From: an uncultured Rickettsiales bacterium
GTDB lineage: Bacteria > Pseudomonadota > Alphaproteobacteria > Rickettsiales > SXRF01
Assembly: GCA_964575095.1 (NCBI GenBank)
Contig: CAZNPA010000002.1
Location: 101,204 to 165,203 of the forward strand
Direction of reading: 5' to 3'
Length of the DNA: 64,000 nt
Shown here: positions 28,879-38,034 of the stretch, in pieces
How the letters are laid out: each line of letters begins with the position of its first letter
How positions within the stretch are numbered: position 1 is the first letter of the stretch
Made by a program: the position numbers and the translations under genes
The notes under the pieces: model-generated
Databases searched by the model: none
Seen by the model: the letters and a program-made list of their open reading frames with translations, nothing else
What the model was told of the DNA's origin: nothing

Positions 28879-30057
28879 ATGACCACCGTTCAACGCGCGC
28901 AGGCGCTCTCGCAGTTTTCCTGCCTGGGCGATAAATGCCCCGACACCTGCTGCCACGGCTGGTCGATGCAGGTGGATCCGCCCACGCTCGCGCGTTATAA
29001 AAAGTCCGCGCCGGAATTGCTGGATGCGGTGGAGCCGGAGCAGGGCGCCGACAATTACATCATGAAGAAAGATCCGGCCAGTCTCTATTGCGTCAAGCTG
29101 GAAAACGGCCTGTGCGGCATCCAGAAAAAATATGGCGATGCATTCTTGAGCGACGCCTGCCATTTTTATCCGCGCGTGACGCGCCGCCTGGGCGATACGG
29201 TGCTCATGACCGCCACCGTCTCGTGCCCGGAGATCGCGCGGCTGATGCTTACGGAAGAAAACCCCGCAGCGTTTGCAGCGGCGGAATACAGCCGTTTGCC
29301 GGTGTCGATGAAAGATTATCTGCCGGCGGAATTGACCGACGAAGAGGCGCTGGCGATACACCGCGCATTTATCGATGCGGTGGACGACGACGCAGTTCCA
29401 GCCGAGCGCGTTTTTTTGCGCATCGCTCACGCCACCCGCGTGCTGGAAATGTTCGACAAGAAAGAATGGCCGCAGGTGGCGCCTCTTTATTTGAGGCTGG
29501 CGGACGGCTTGATGCCGGCGGCGGAGCATAATCCCGCCGATCCGTTTAACGTGTTGCACGCGCTTGCCGGGCTCATCGTCGCTTCGCATAAACCGATGAG
29601 CGCGCGCCTGCAACAAACCATCGGCGACATGGAAAAAGCGTTGTGCGTAAAACTGGATTGGCAAAATGTGCTGATCTCGGCCGATGAAAAAAGTGCTGAT
29701 GCGTACCAGCGGCTGAAAACAGTATGGCGGAATGAAACAGCACAACATTTAGATAAAATTTTACGAAAAATGTTGAAGATGCAATTGTCGCTGGCATTAC
29801 ATCCGTTTGCCGGCCTTGGGGAAAATTTTTCCGAGCGCGTGACAATTATCGGCGTACGATTTGCCACGTTTAAACTTGCGCTCATGTGCGCCTGTGATAT
29901 AAATGATAAGGCGTCCCGCGAAGAATCCGCGGTGCGTATCGCGCAGAGTCTGGCGCGTTTCCTCGATCACCTCGGCGATGCAACCTTCTCGTTGCAGATA
30001 TATAATGAGACCGGGTGGGTCAAGGAAACCAGAATGCGCGGTTTACTGGAAGCCTGA
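28879..30057 (+). CDS. fliB: Flagellin lysine-N-methylase (FliB-like)
   Basis: FSCLGDKCPDTCC.GW, C..L..GLC.IQ..YG...L...C..YPR, SCPEIARL; immediately upstream of flagellin. Confidence 0.85.
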   Translation: MTTVQRAQALSQFSCLGDKCPDTCCHGWSMQVDPPTLARYKKSAPELLDAVEPEQGADNYIMKKDPASLYCVKLENGLCGIQKKYGDAFLSDACHFYPRVTRRLGDTVLMTATVSCPEIARLMLTEENPAAFAAAEYSRLPVSMKDYLPAELTDEEALAIHRAFIDAVDDDAVPAERVFLRIAHATRVLEMFDKKEWPQVAPLYLRLADGLMPAAEHNPADPFNVLHALAGLIVASHKPMSARLQQTIGDMEKALCVKLDWQNVLISADEKSADAYQRLKTVWRNETAQHLDKILRKMLKMQLSLALHPFAGLGENFSERVTIIGVRFATFKLALMCACDINDKASREESAVRIAQSLARFLDHLGDATFSLQIYNETGWVKETRMRGLLEA

Positions 30058-30102
30058 ATAAAACAGGACGGATACAAAAAACATCACTAGGTTCTGATGC
30101 CG

Positions 30103-30118
30103 TTAACGGTAAGTTAAC
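30103..30118 (+). promoter_or_regulatory. CtrA box upstream of flagellin
   Basis: TTAA-cggtaag-TTAAC. Confidence 0.75.
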
Positions 30119-30224
30119 CATTAGCCCTTATGATCGGTATTTAATAGTGGCTCCATCACTACCTGCCACATTCGGTGAAAGCATGTAGCTTTCGTGAGTT
30201 TTAACCATCCATGTAGGAGATTTT

Positions 30225-31988
30225 ATGGCTATCAATTCCATTAATACAAATATCGCTGCCTATTTTGCTCAGCAAAATATCGGCAACGCCTCGGGTCTGG
30301 CGGCCGCTTCGGTTGCCCGTCTTTCGAGCGGTAACCGTATCGTGCAAGCGTCCGACGACGTGACGGCGCTCGCCATTGGTACCGCCCTCCAAACCCAGCT
30401 CAGCGCGATCAGAACCGCCCAGACCAACGCCGCGCAGGGCAGCTCGCTCCTGCAGGTGGCCGACGGCGCTGTGGCGCAGATCATCGCCATTCTGCAACAG
30501 CAGCAATCCATTGCCAACCAGTCGCAATCCGGTTCGCTGACCGACACCAACCGCGGCTTCCTCCAGACGCAGTTCGCAAAACTGACGGCGCAGATCGACG
30601 CTATCGCCAACGGCACGACGTTCAACGGCGTGTCCTTGATCGACGGCTCGCTTGCCACCGGTGGTGGTGGCGCCAGCTCGATCAGGAGCGCCAATATCGG
30701 TGCTGCTACCGCTGCTGCCGTAGTGACCGGGACTACTCCTGGAACCGACGTGCTCGGATTCTCCAGCTTCAAAAATACCGCCGCTGCCGACAATGACATC
30801 GCTTTCGTCGGTGACCTCTCTAAAGGTATATGGGGCGTAAGTGATTCCGGCGTTGCCAACACCTTTATCATCAGCTTTGCTATCAACAGCCAGACGTATC
30901 AGGGCCAGTGGGTAGCCGGTACCGATGCCGATGTTGATCTCGTAAGCACCGATGGCAAAGCTACGCTTGTTCTGGATATGAACGCTTCTTCCACGCTGGA
31001 TCCTGCCGCCGCATCCTATGCGGACGTCAACGACTTAAAGGATCAGTTGGAAACCTTCTTCAGCGACGCTACCGCTTATGCCATCCATAAGGTAGCGACG
31101 ACCTTTGCCAAGGACGCCAATAATAACGACATAGCCGGATCGGCTATTCGCTTACTGGATACGGCGGGCGGGGTGCTTGACGGGTTCAGCGGCACCAACG
31201 TTAAGATCCAGTCGGCGTTATTCAGCGGCGCGAGTCTGCCGGCGATTTCGACCTTCTCGGCTGTAAACTTCGGTACCAACACCATATTCTCCGTGTTGGT
31301 CAACGGCGTGAAGTACAGTCAGGACAGCTCCATCGCGACCTATGGCGCCGGTGCGACCACACTCGCTCTCTTCCAGAACGTCGGTCCCACGGCGACTGGG
31401 GGCACCGTTGCTCTTGGCACGGCGGGCCATCTCTACCTGTTTAAGAACGGCGATTCTTTCTCGAAAGAGTATATCGACATTACCTTCACCGGCGTTATTT
31501 CCAACGCTCTCAGGGTCGATACGGCAGCTAACGTCCAGAAGGTCGCTGATGCCTTGAATACGGCCTTCTCCGGTAGCGCTACCGGCGGTTCGGGCGGTCT
31601 CAACTTCCAGTTGGGCACGACTTCGGATTCGATCATCAACGTCACCCTGGCCAGCGCGCGAGCAAGCGCCCTGTTCAACGGTGCATCGCTTGACGTATCG
31701 ACGGCCGGTGGCGCCGCCACGGCTGCAACCGCGGTTACTAGCGCGATCAACCTTGCGACGGCGTCACGCGCCACTATCGGTGCGTACGAACAGCAGGTCG
31801 GGTTCGCTACCGCTACGTTGCAAAGCAGTGCACAGAACGTCGCTGCCGCAGCAAGCGCTCAGCTCGATACTGACATCGCGCTGGAATCCACCGCCTATGC
31901 GACCAATCAGGTCAAGCTACAGGCTGGTATCTCTGTGTTGGCTCAGGCCAACCAGCAGCTGCAAGCTCTGTTGAAACTGATCGGTTAA
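30225..31988 (+). CDS. fliC: Flagellin (587 aa, large variable region)
   Basis: INTNIAA, RLSSGNRI..ASDD, SLLQVADGA, FNGVSL; C-terminal DTDIALEST......KLQAGISVLAQANQ. Confidence 0.97.
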   Translation: MAINSINTNIAAYFAQQNIGNASGLAAASVARLSSGNRIVQASDDVTALAIGTALQTQLSAIRTAQTNAAQGSSLLQVADGAVAQIIAILQQQQSIANQSQSGSLTDTNRGFLQTQFAKLTAQIDAIANGTTFNGVSLIDGSLATGGGGASSIRSANIGAATAAAVVTGTTPGTDVLGFSSFKNTAAADNDIAFVGDLSKGIWGVSDSGVANTFIISFAINSQTYQGQWVAGTDADVDLVSTDGKATLVLDMNASSTLDPAAASYADVNDLKDQLETFFSDATAYAIHKVATTFAKDANNNDIAGSAIRLLDTAGGVLDGFSGTNVKIQSALFSGASLPAISTFSAVNFGTNTIFSVLVNGVKYSQDSSIATYGAGATTLALFQNVGPTATGGTVALGTAGHLYLFKNGDSFSKEYIDITFTGVISNALRVDTAANVQKVADALNTAFSGSATGGSGGLNFQLGTTSDSIINVTLASARASALFNGASLDVSTAGGAATAATAVTSAINLATASRATIGAYEQQVGFATATLQSSAQNVAAAASAQLDTDIALESTAYATNQVKLQAGISVLAQANQQLQALLKLIG

Positions 31989-32006
31989 TTAGGATTTTAG
32001 GAAAAT

Positions 32007-32032
32007 CCGGGGTGGGAAGGTTCCCACCCCGG
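32007..32032 (+). terminator. Strong hairpin after flagellin (no U-tract)
   Basis: ccggggtgggaa-gg-ttcccaccccgg, 12-bp arms. Confidence 0.6.
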
Positions 32033-32050
32033 GCAACCTAAGGAGGATTT

Positions 32051-32446
32051 ATGCCAATAGGAATAGCAGCAATCGGACCACGGTTACCCTTACCGGTAGC
32101 CACCCCTGTCCTGCCCGATCCTGTCATGCCGCAAGTCACCGCGACTTCGGTGGGCACACCGCTCCCTGTACAGCCCGTTCCCATACCGGGTCGTCACCCG
32201 GTAGGAAAGGCGGACGTTACCGCCAAGGCCGTAGAGGATAGGCAGTTTGCTACAGTGCAACAGGCAGCCAGGGATGCGTTTCCCGTCAGCGACCAGAAAT
32301 TCACCATCTACAAGGGTCACGACGGTCAATACATCACGCGCTTAACCAGCTTGCGCGACGGTAGGGTTACCTACTATCCGCAGCCGGAAGTGTTCAGGTT
32401 AAGCAGAAACGCTGGCGGCGAGTCGTCGTTTAAGATTACCGCTTAA
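32051..32446 (+). CDS. FlaG-like protein with Pro-rich N-terminus
   Basis: Lies between fliC and fliD; C-terminal FTIYK....YITRL..L.DGRV..YPQPE resembles the FlaG fold; AAGGAGG RBS. Confidence 0.55.
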   Translation: MPIGIAAIGPRLPLPVATPVLPDPVMPQVTATSVGTPLPVQPVPIPGRHPVGKADVTAKAVEDRQFATVQQAARDAFPVSDQKFTIYKGHDGQYITRLTSLRDGRVTYYPQPEVFRLSRNAGGESSFKITA

Positions 32447-32563
32447 ACCTTGCCGAAGGCATGCTTCTTGCTTTGTCTTCGGCGGTTAAGAGGTGTACAC
32501 TATAGCCGTCCGGGCTTGTTCAGGCCGGACGGCGTAGGTACCGGTCTTTAAAAGGATGGGCAT

Positions 32564-34732
32564 ATGGTATCGTCGATAGTACTCGGCAATTTTTTTAACG
32601 TCACCGACATCAACGGCAACACCCGTGGTGTGTTCGGCGGCGCGGGCGGGTCCGGCCTCAATACCGAAGCCCTCGTCAATGGTCTGGTGGCAGCGCGTGC
32701 CGGCCCCATCATCCAGATAGAAGACCAGCTTTCGCGTATATCGGAACGTGCCTCGGCGCTGAACCAGTTTCAGCAGTTGCTGAGCAGTTTCCAGAGTGCC
32801 GCCGATGCGCTGCGCAACCCGCCCGGCGTCAACAATTTTTCCAACAACGCCTTCGCCTATACCTCGGCAACGGTAGTCTCGAACACCTCGGTTGCCGCCA
32901 ATACCTACATGACGGTGGACGCAGCGCCGGGCGCTACGCCGCAAAATCTTAACGTCACCTATATCACCTCGCTGGCGGCGGCGACCAAGCAGCTGACCGG
33001 CGATTTCGCCATCGCCGATGCCGATACGGCCGGACTGGTAGTGGCCAGCGGCGCCGTCGCTCACCAATTTAATGCCGGAACCTTTACCCTCAAGGGCCAA
33101 TCGATCACGCTGACCACGACCGACACCTTGAACAGCATCGCTGCGAAATTCAACGCCGTATCGGGTAGCACCAACATCCGCGCCACCGTGATCAAGGTGT
33201 CGGATGGTCACTACGAGCTGTCGTTCACCGCCAAGAAAACCGGCACTACCAACGGCTTCGACCTCGCTGATTCCGGCACCGTCACCGACGCCAGCAACGT
33301 GATTACCAACATCGTCAGCGGCGCCTCCGGCTTTACCACGCCACAGGCGGCCGCCAATGCCGTTTTCAAACTGGACGGCGTCACCATCACCCGCTCCAGC
33401 AACGATATCAGCGATGTTGTTGAAGGGCTGACCTTCCATTTGAAACAGAAAATCGCGGAAGATCCGTTAGACCCGCCGGCGACGCCGACGAGTCTGCTGA
33501 TATCGGTGACGTCGGACACCAGCATTGCGCAACAGGCCATCACCTCTTTCGCCAACGCTTATAATTCCATTCAGGCGTTTGCCGCCCAGCAACTGCAGAC
33601 CAATGGCGACGGCACGTTCGCCGATACCGCCGTATTGCACAGTAACCAGACGTTCCTGCAGGCGCTTAACTCCATCACCACGCAGATGGGATCGAAAGTG
33701 TCGGGCGTCGGCAGCACCTTCAATAACCTTGCTGATATCGGGCTCACGTTCGATACCCAGCCCAAAAGCCAGAACAGCCCGGAAGTAAAAAACGTGCTTA
33801 ATATCGATAGCAACAAACTCGCATCCGTATTGCAGACCGACTTCGACAAGATCGCCAATTTGTTCCAGTTCACCCTGACGGCGGACAACACCAACCTGCG
33901 CGTGTTCGAAAGCCCGAAGCCGCTCGGTGTCTCCGCCTTCACGGTCGCCATCAACCAGTTTGCCACCCAGACCACCGGCAACATCACCGTCGCTGACGCC
34001 GATACCGCCGGCGTCGTCGTCAACGCTTCGCCGACGGACGGTCAGTTCCTGGCCGGCACCGTAACCATCAACGGGCAGGCCATCACCCTTACCGACACCG
34101 ATACCTTAAATACCATCGCTGCGAAGTTCCAAGCCGTGGCGGCGACCACCGGTCTCAGCGCTGCCGTCTCTTCCACCGGCGCCGGAACATTCAAGCTCAC
34201 CTTCACCGCTGTGCCGCAAAGCGGCAAGGTCAATAAATTCAGTCTGGAATCAACCACGGTCGATCCCACCGGCGTGTTTGACGAGTTGGGCCTTACCTCC
34301 ACCGGCACCTATACCGCCACCTACGGTGTGACCACCGTCGACCTTACAGCCACCGTGACCGCCGGCAGCAACGCCGTGTTGCTCGCGGCGCCGTCCAGCT
34401 CGTCGCTGTCCGGGCTGGAACTGATTTATGGCAGCGACGCTGCCGCGACCATCACCATCACCACCACCGAAGGGCTTGGGCATACGCTCTACAATACCGC
34501 GGATGATACGGCTGCGGTCGACGGTACCATCGATACCGAAATTGCAAGCCTTAGCGACAGAGATACCAAGCTCCGGGCGCAGGTTGCCGATATCAACAAG
34601 CAGATTACCGAATACCGCGATCAGCTGCTCCTGAAGTTCGGTGCGCTCGAACAGGCAATCTCCAGGGTTAACCTGTTGCTGCAAAGCCTGAACGCGCAAC
34701 AGCTGGCGCAACAAGCCGCTGCCAACAATTAA
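32564..34732 (+). CDS. fliD: Flagellar filament cap protein with internal duplication
   Basis: SGLNTEALV..LV, A.NA.F..DGV.ITRSSN.ISDV..GLTF.L, L.DIGL; C-terminal L..KFGALEQAI..N. Confidence 0.92.
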   Translation: MVSSIVLGNFFNVTDINGNTRGVFGGAGGSGLNTEALVNGLVAARAGPIIQIEDQLSRISERASALNQFQQLLSSFQSAADALRNPPGVNNFSNNAFAYTSATVVSNTSVAANTYMTVDAAPGATPQNLNVTYITSLAAATKQLTGDFAIADADTAGLVVASGAVAHQFNAGTFTLKGQSITLTTTDTLNSIAAKFNAVSGSTNIRATVIKVSDGHYELSFTAKKTGTTNGFDLADSGTVTDASNVITNIVSGASGFTTPQAAANAVFKLDGVTITRSSNDISDVVEGLTFHLKQKIAEDPLDPPATPTSLLISVTSDTSIAQQAITSFANAYNSIQAFAAQQLQTNGDGTFADTAVLHSNQTFLQALNSITTQMGSKVSGVGSTFNNLADIGLTFDTQPKSQNSPEVKNVLNIDSNKLASVLQTDFDKIANLFQFTLTADNTNLRVFESPKPLGVSAFTVAINQFATQTTGNITVADADTAGVVVNASPTDGQFLAGTVTINGQAITLTDTDTLNTIAAKFQAVAATTGLSAAVSSTGAGTFKLTFTAVPQSGKVNKFSLESTTVDPTGVFDELGLTSTGTYTATYGVTTVDLTATVTAGSNAVLLAAPSSSSLSGLELIYGSDAAATITITTTEGLGHTLYNTADDTAAVDGTIDTEIASLSDRDTKLRAQVADINKQITEYRDQLLLKFGALEQAISRVNLLLQSLNAQQLAQQAAANN

Positions 34733-34742
34733 GGGAAGCGTC

Positions 34743-35213
34743 ATGCAGCATAAGTACCAAGCCTATGTCGCAGCGACGCAAACGGTAGCCAAAACGCGGC
34801 AGATTGTGATGCTGTATGACGGCGCCATCCGCTGCGTCCAGCAGGCCAGGGAGGCGATACAGGATCGTCGCATCGAGGACCGTTATCGCCTGCTTATGCG
34901 TGCTTCGGACATTATTATCGGTTTGCAGAGTTGTCTGGATTTCGAAAACGGTGGCGACGTCGCCAAGGCTTTATACCAGTTTTACGCCTCGATCAGTAAC
35001 CGCATATTCTCCATCCATCGCAACAACAGCGTCGAAACCTGCGAGGAACTTATTTCCGAGCTCAAGCAGATGCGCGACGCCTGGCAGGACATCGACAATC
35101 AGTATGTCAGCGCCGCCGCCGGCGCGCCTCCTGCACCATCGCCGGTTGCATCGGAAGGAAACGGCCACGCTTCCGCGGCTGCAGAGACATCGGCGGCAAC
35201 ATTTTCCGCCTAG
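34743..35213 (+). CDS. fliS: Flagellin export chaperone FliS
   Basis: QIVMLYDGAIR, I..L.S.LDFENGG.VA..L..FY, L..MRDAW. Confidence 0.93.
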   Translation: MQHKYQAYVAATQTVAKTRQIVMLYDGAIRCVQQAREAIQDRRIEDRYRLLMRASDIIIGLQSCLDFENGGDVAKALYQFYASISNRIFSIHRNNSVETCEELISELKQMRDAWQDIDNQYVSAAAGAPPAPSPVASEGNGHASAAAETSAATFSA

Positions 35214-35325
35214 ATAGCCTCCGGCATTTTTTTCCCCTCGCACATTCGCCCGTCGGTCCAAGCGGAAGGGATGCGCGTTCCGGACCCCGCTGTCCGCTAC
35301 GGAAAAATATAGAATTATTATTTTA

Positions 35326-35371
35326 AATCAGTGTATTAAATAAAATCCGCCTTTTTGGCACATTGCTTGCA
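35326..35371 (+). promoter_or_regulatory. sigma54 promoter with upstream IHF-like site (fliK-flgD-flgE operon)
   Basis: TGGCAC-ATTGC-TTGCA at 35356-35371 (consensus); AATCAG-TGTA-TTA at 35326-35338 in an AT-rich tract. Confidence 0.8.
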
Positions 35372-35410
35372 GGTACTGCCCCAGTGCATTAGCAAACCGG
35401 GGAGGCAAGT

Positions 35411-37237
35411 ATGCCTAATATTTCTGCATCGCTGATAAGCGCGCTCACCGGCGCCGCCACCGCGGCCAATACCAACGTCGCGCCGGCGGCAAACGCAGCC
35501 GGACAAGAGAAGGACAATTTCCAATCCCTGCTTGATATAGGCATCAATACCCCCGACGATAACGCGGGCAATGACCGCGCCGTTGTCGAAAAAGATCGCC
35601 GTAGAGAAGAGAATAACGTGCAGGCGGCACCGGTGAATATTCCCGCCGAACGGCTGATTCCCGATAAAAAACCGCAGGCGGATAACGAAGATAAAGAAGA
35701 TGGAATTCCTGCCGCCGTGCGGCCTTTTCAAAATTCCGGCCAACATGCCGGTAAGCCAAAGGCGAACGCCAAACCGGATAATGCGCGCGAGGATATTAGC
35801 GACGATGTGCGCCCGGCTGCATCTTCCGCCACTGATGTTACTGCCGATGTGGAGGCTGCCGCAGCTGGCGCGGCCAGTACCGTCGCCGATAACGGTAATA
35901 TTTCCACAACGGCGGCCGGCGCTCAAACATTGGCCATCGATCTGGAGCAAATACTGACGCAGATTACGGTGAACTTGGCGGTGCCGGGCGGCGACGATCT
36001 GCCTGGTCAAATTCAAACCGCCGCTTCCGTAGCGACGGCGCCGGAGTTACCCGTGGCGCTTCTGACGCTTAACCAACCGCAATTCCTGCCTGATCCGATA
36101 AGCGGCGCTGATGACATCCTTGTCGTCTTGCCGTCGCAACCAACGGCCATAGGCCCGGCGCTTCCCGTGCCGCCGGCGATACCTTCTTTCGATGGCCTGC
36201 TGAAGAACGTCTGGCAGACACTGCAAAACATCAACGACAGCTTCTTCGGCGCGGATGATGGGAAGCCTCTGTCAACAATGCCGCCACTGGCCGCTATGCC
36301 GCAGGGACCGCTGCTGCGCCTCAAGAGCGATCTGAAGGCGGCCTTCGCGCTGTTCGACCAGTATAACGCCGGTACGATAGACGCCGCCACCTTGCTCAAT
36401 CAGATCAAGCCGATGCTAAACGACATGCATCGCATCATGGCTCGTCTCGATACCAAGCCCGATGCGATGGCCGGGCTGTCGTTAAATCCGCTGGGCGCGG
36501 GAGATCTGCAGAGTGCGGCGCCGGTCATCGCGCCGAAAAAAGAAACGTCGGTTGCGAATATTCCTAACATGGATGCAGCGATCGCGGCGCAGAATCTCAA
36601 CAGCGCGCTAACGACGAAGGCGGAGCAGGGCGCGCTTTTTGCCTCCACCATCGCGATGGAAAACGCGCTGGGAAATAACGTCGGCAATCGCTCCGGCGCC
36701 GATGCTAACGCCAATCAGAACCTGCCGCAGCCGGTGCTTGCCATGCGCGCTGCCGATCCGGCGCGTGAAATGGCGGCGACGGATGCCACCGGCTTTGCCC
36801 GCGCGCTCGGCGCCGCCGCCCGCGGCCCCATCGTCGATCAGGTGGTGTTCCATATCCGCGTCGCCAGAAGCGATGGCAGCAGCCGTATCCACATCCAGCT
36901 CGAACCGGAAACGCTGGGCAAGCTGGACATCAAACTGCATGTCGATGCCGAAGGGAAAACCGGCGTCACCATCACCGCCGACAACAAAAACACATTGGAT
37001 TTATTGCAGCGCGACACCAAAGGCCTGGAACGCGCGCTGGCCGATGCCGGACTCACCGCCGACAGCGGCAACCTGAATTTCAACCTGCGCGGCGAGCAGC
37101 AGGGACAGGACAACAGCCCTTATCCCGCGTTCAACTACCAGAAGGCGATACCGGAAGAAGAAAAGATACCCGCTGCCGACACGGTGTCCGGAAGTTACGT
37201 CATCCAGACGGGTGATGGCGTGGATATCACGATTTAA
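35411..37237 (+). CDS. fliK: Flagellar hook-length control protein
   Basis: Long low-complexity N-terminus; C-terminal IQLEPETLGKLDIKL....EGK...I.ADN..TLDLLQRD...LERAL..AGL. Confidence 0.9.
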   Translation: MPNISASLISALTGAATAANTNVAPAANAAGQEKDNFQSLLDIGINTPDDNAGNDRAVVEKDRRREENNVQAAPVNIPAERLIPDKKPQADNEDKEDGIPAAVRPFQNSGQHAGKPKANAKPDNAREDISDDVRPAASSATDVTADVEAAAAGAASTVADNGNISTTAAGAQTLAIDLEQILTQITVNLAVPGGDDLPGQIQTAASVATAPELPVALLTLNQPQFLPDPISGADDILVVLPSQPTAIGPALPVPPAIPSFDGLLKNVWQTLQNINDSFFGADDGKPLSTMPPLAAMPQGPLLRLKSDLKAAFALFDQYNAGTIDAATLLNQIKPMLNDMHRIMARLDTKPDAMAGLSLNPLGAGDLQSAAPVIAPKKETSVANIPNMDAAIAAQNLNSALTTKAEQGALFASTIAMENALGNNVGNRSGADANANQNLPQPVLAMRAADPAREMAATDATGFARALGAAARGPIVDQVVFHIRVARSDGSSRIHIQLEPETLGKLDIKLHVDAEGKTGVTITADNKNTLDLLQRDTKGLERALADAGLTADSGNLNFNLRGEQQGQDNSPYPAFNYQKAIPEEEKIPAADTVSGSYVIQTGDGVDITI

Positions 37238-37253
37238 CCGAGGAGAAAACTGT

Positions 37254-38006
37254 ATGGCTGTCAACGCTGTAAATACCCCGGCTGCTACCCCTCCGAGCAA
37301 AAGCCAGCAAGGGCAAAATGCGCTCGACAAAACCTATTCGGATTTCCTGAGGTTGTTGACGACGCAGTTGCAAAATCAGGACCCGACCAACCCGATGGAC
37401 ACCATGCAGATGACGCAGCAGATCGCAACGCTGTCGCAAGTTGAGCAGCAGCTCAACACCAACAGGAGCTTGGAGCAGTTAATCGCGCTCTACGGCCAAA
37501 CGCAATACAACAGCGTTGCCGGCTACCTCGGCAAGGAAGTGGAAGCGCCCGGCAACCAGGGCGCAGTGATAAGCGGCAAAGGCCGTTTCGTCTATTACAT
37601 GCAAAGCCAGCCGACGAACTTCGGCGTTACCGTCAAGAATGCCGACGGCGCCGTCGTCTACACCGCCAAAGCGACGCAGAACGCGGAAGGAAACTTCGTC
37701 TGGACCGATGCCGCCGGCGTGGTGCTCGATCCGCCGCCGAACATCCCGATGGCGAGCGGCCGCAACGCCTTCGTCTGGAACGGCAAGAACAACAACGGCC
37801 AGCAGCTGGCCGACGGCACCTATACCATCTCCGTCGATGCCAGAGATGCCAGCAACAACGCCATTCCCACGCAAACCTATGTCAACGGCATCGTTACCTC
37901 GATCGATAGTGCCGGCGGTCAGGTCTATGTCTCATTCGGCGATATCTCATTACCGCTGACCAGCGTCACCACCCTTCGTCAACCTGAACAACAACCCACC
38001 ATTTAA
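37254..38006 (+). CDS. flgD: Hook capping protein
   Basis: FLRLLTTQLQNQDPTNPMD..QMTQQIA.LSQVEQ; F.WNGK...G.QL.DG.Y. ATG 37254 after GAGGAG. Confidence 0.95.
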   Translation: MAVNAVNTPAATPPSKSQQGQNALDKTYSDFLRLLTTQLQNQDPTNPMDTMQMTQQIATLSQVEQQLNTNRSLEQLIALYGQTQYNSVAGYLGKEVEAPGNQGAVISGKGRFVYYMQSQPTNFGVTVKNADGAVVYTAKATQNAEGNFVWTDAAGVVLDPPPNIPMASGRNAFVWNGKNNNGQQLADGTYTISVDARDASNNAIPTQTYVNGIVTSIDSAGGQVYVSFGDISLPLTSVTTLRQPEQQPTI

Positions 38007-38034
38007 CGAAACACTCTAAAAAAGGAGAAACCCC

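Noticed and set aside
35214-35300. GCCTCCGGC segment resembling part of a c-di-GMP-I riboswitch
   Set aside because: The upstream GGCAAACC/GNRA P2 elements are missing and would fall inside fliS. The nearby ccggaccccgc may just be a family-C fragment.
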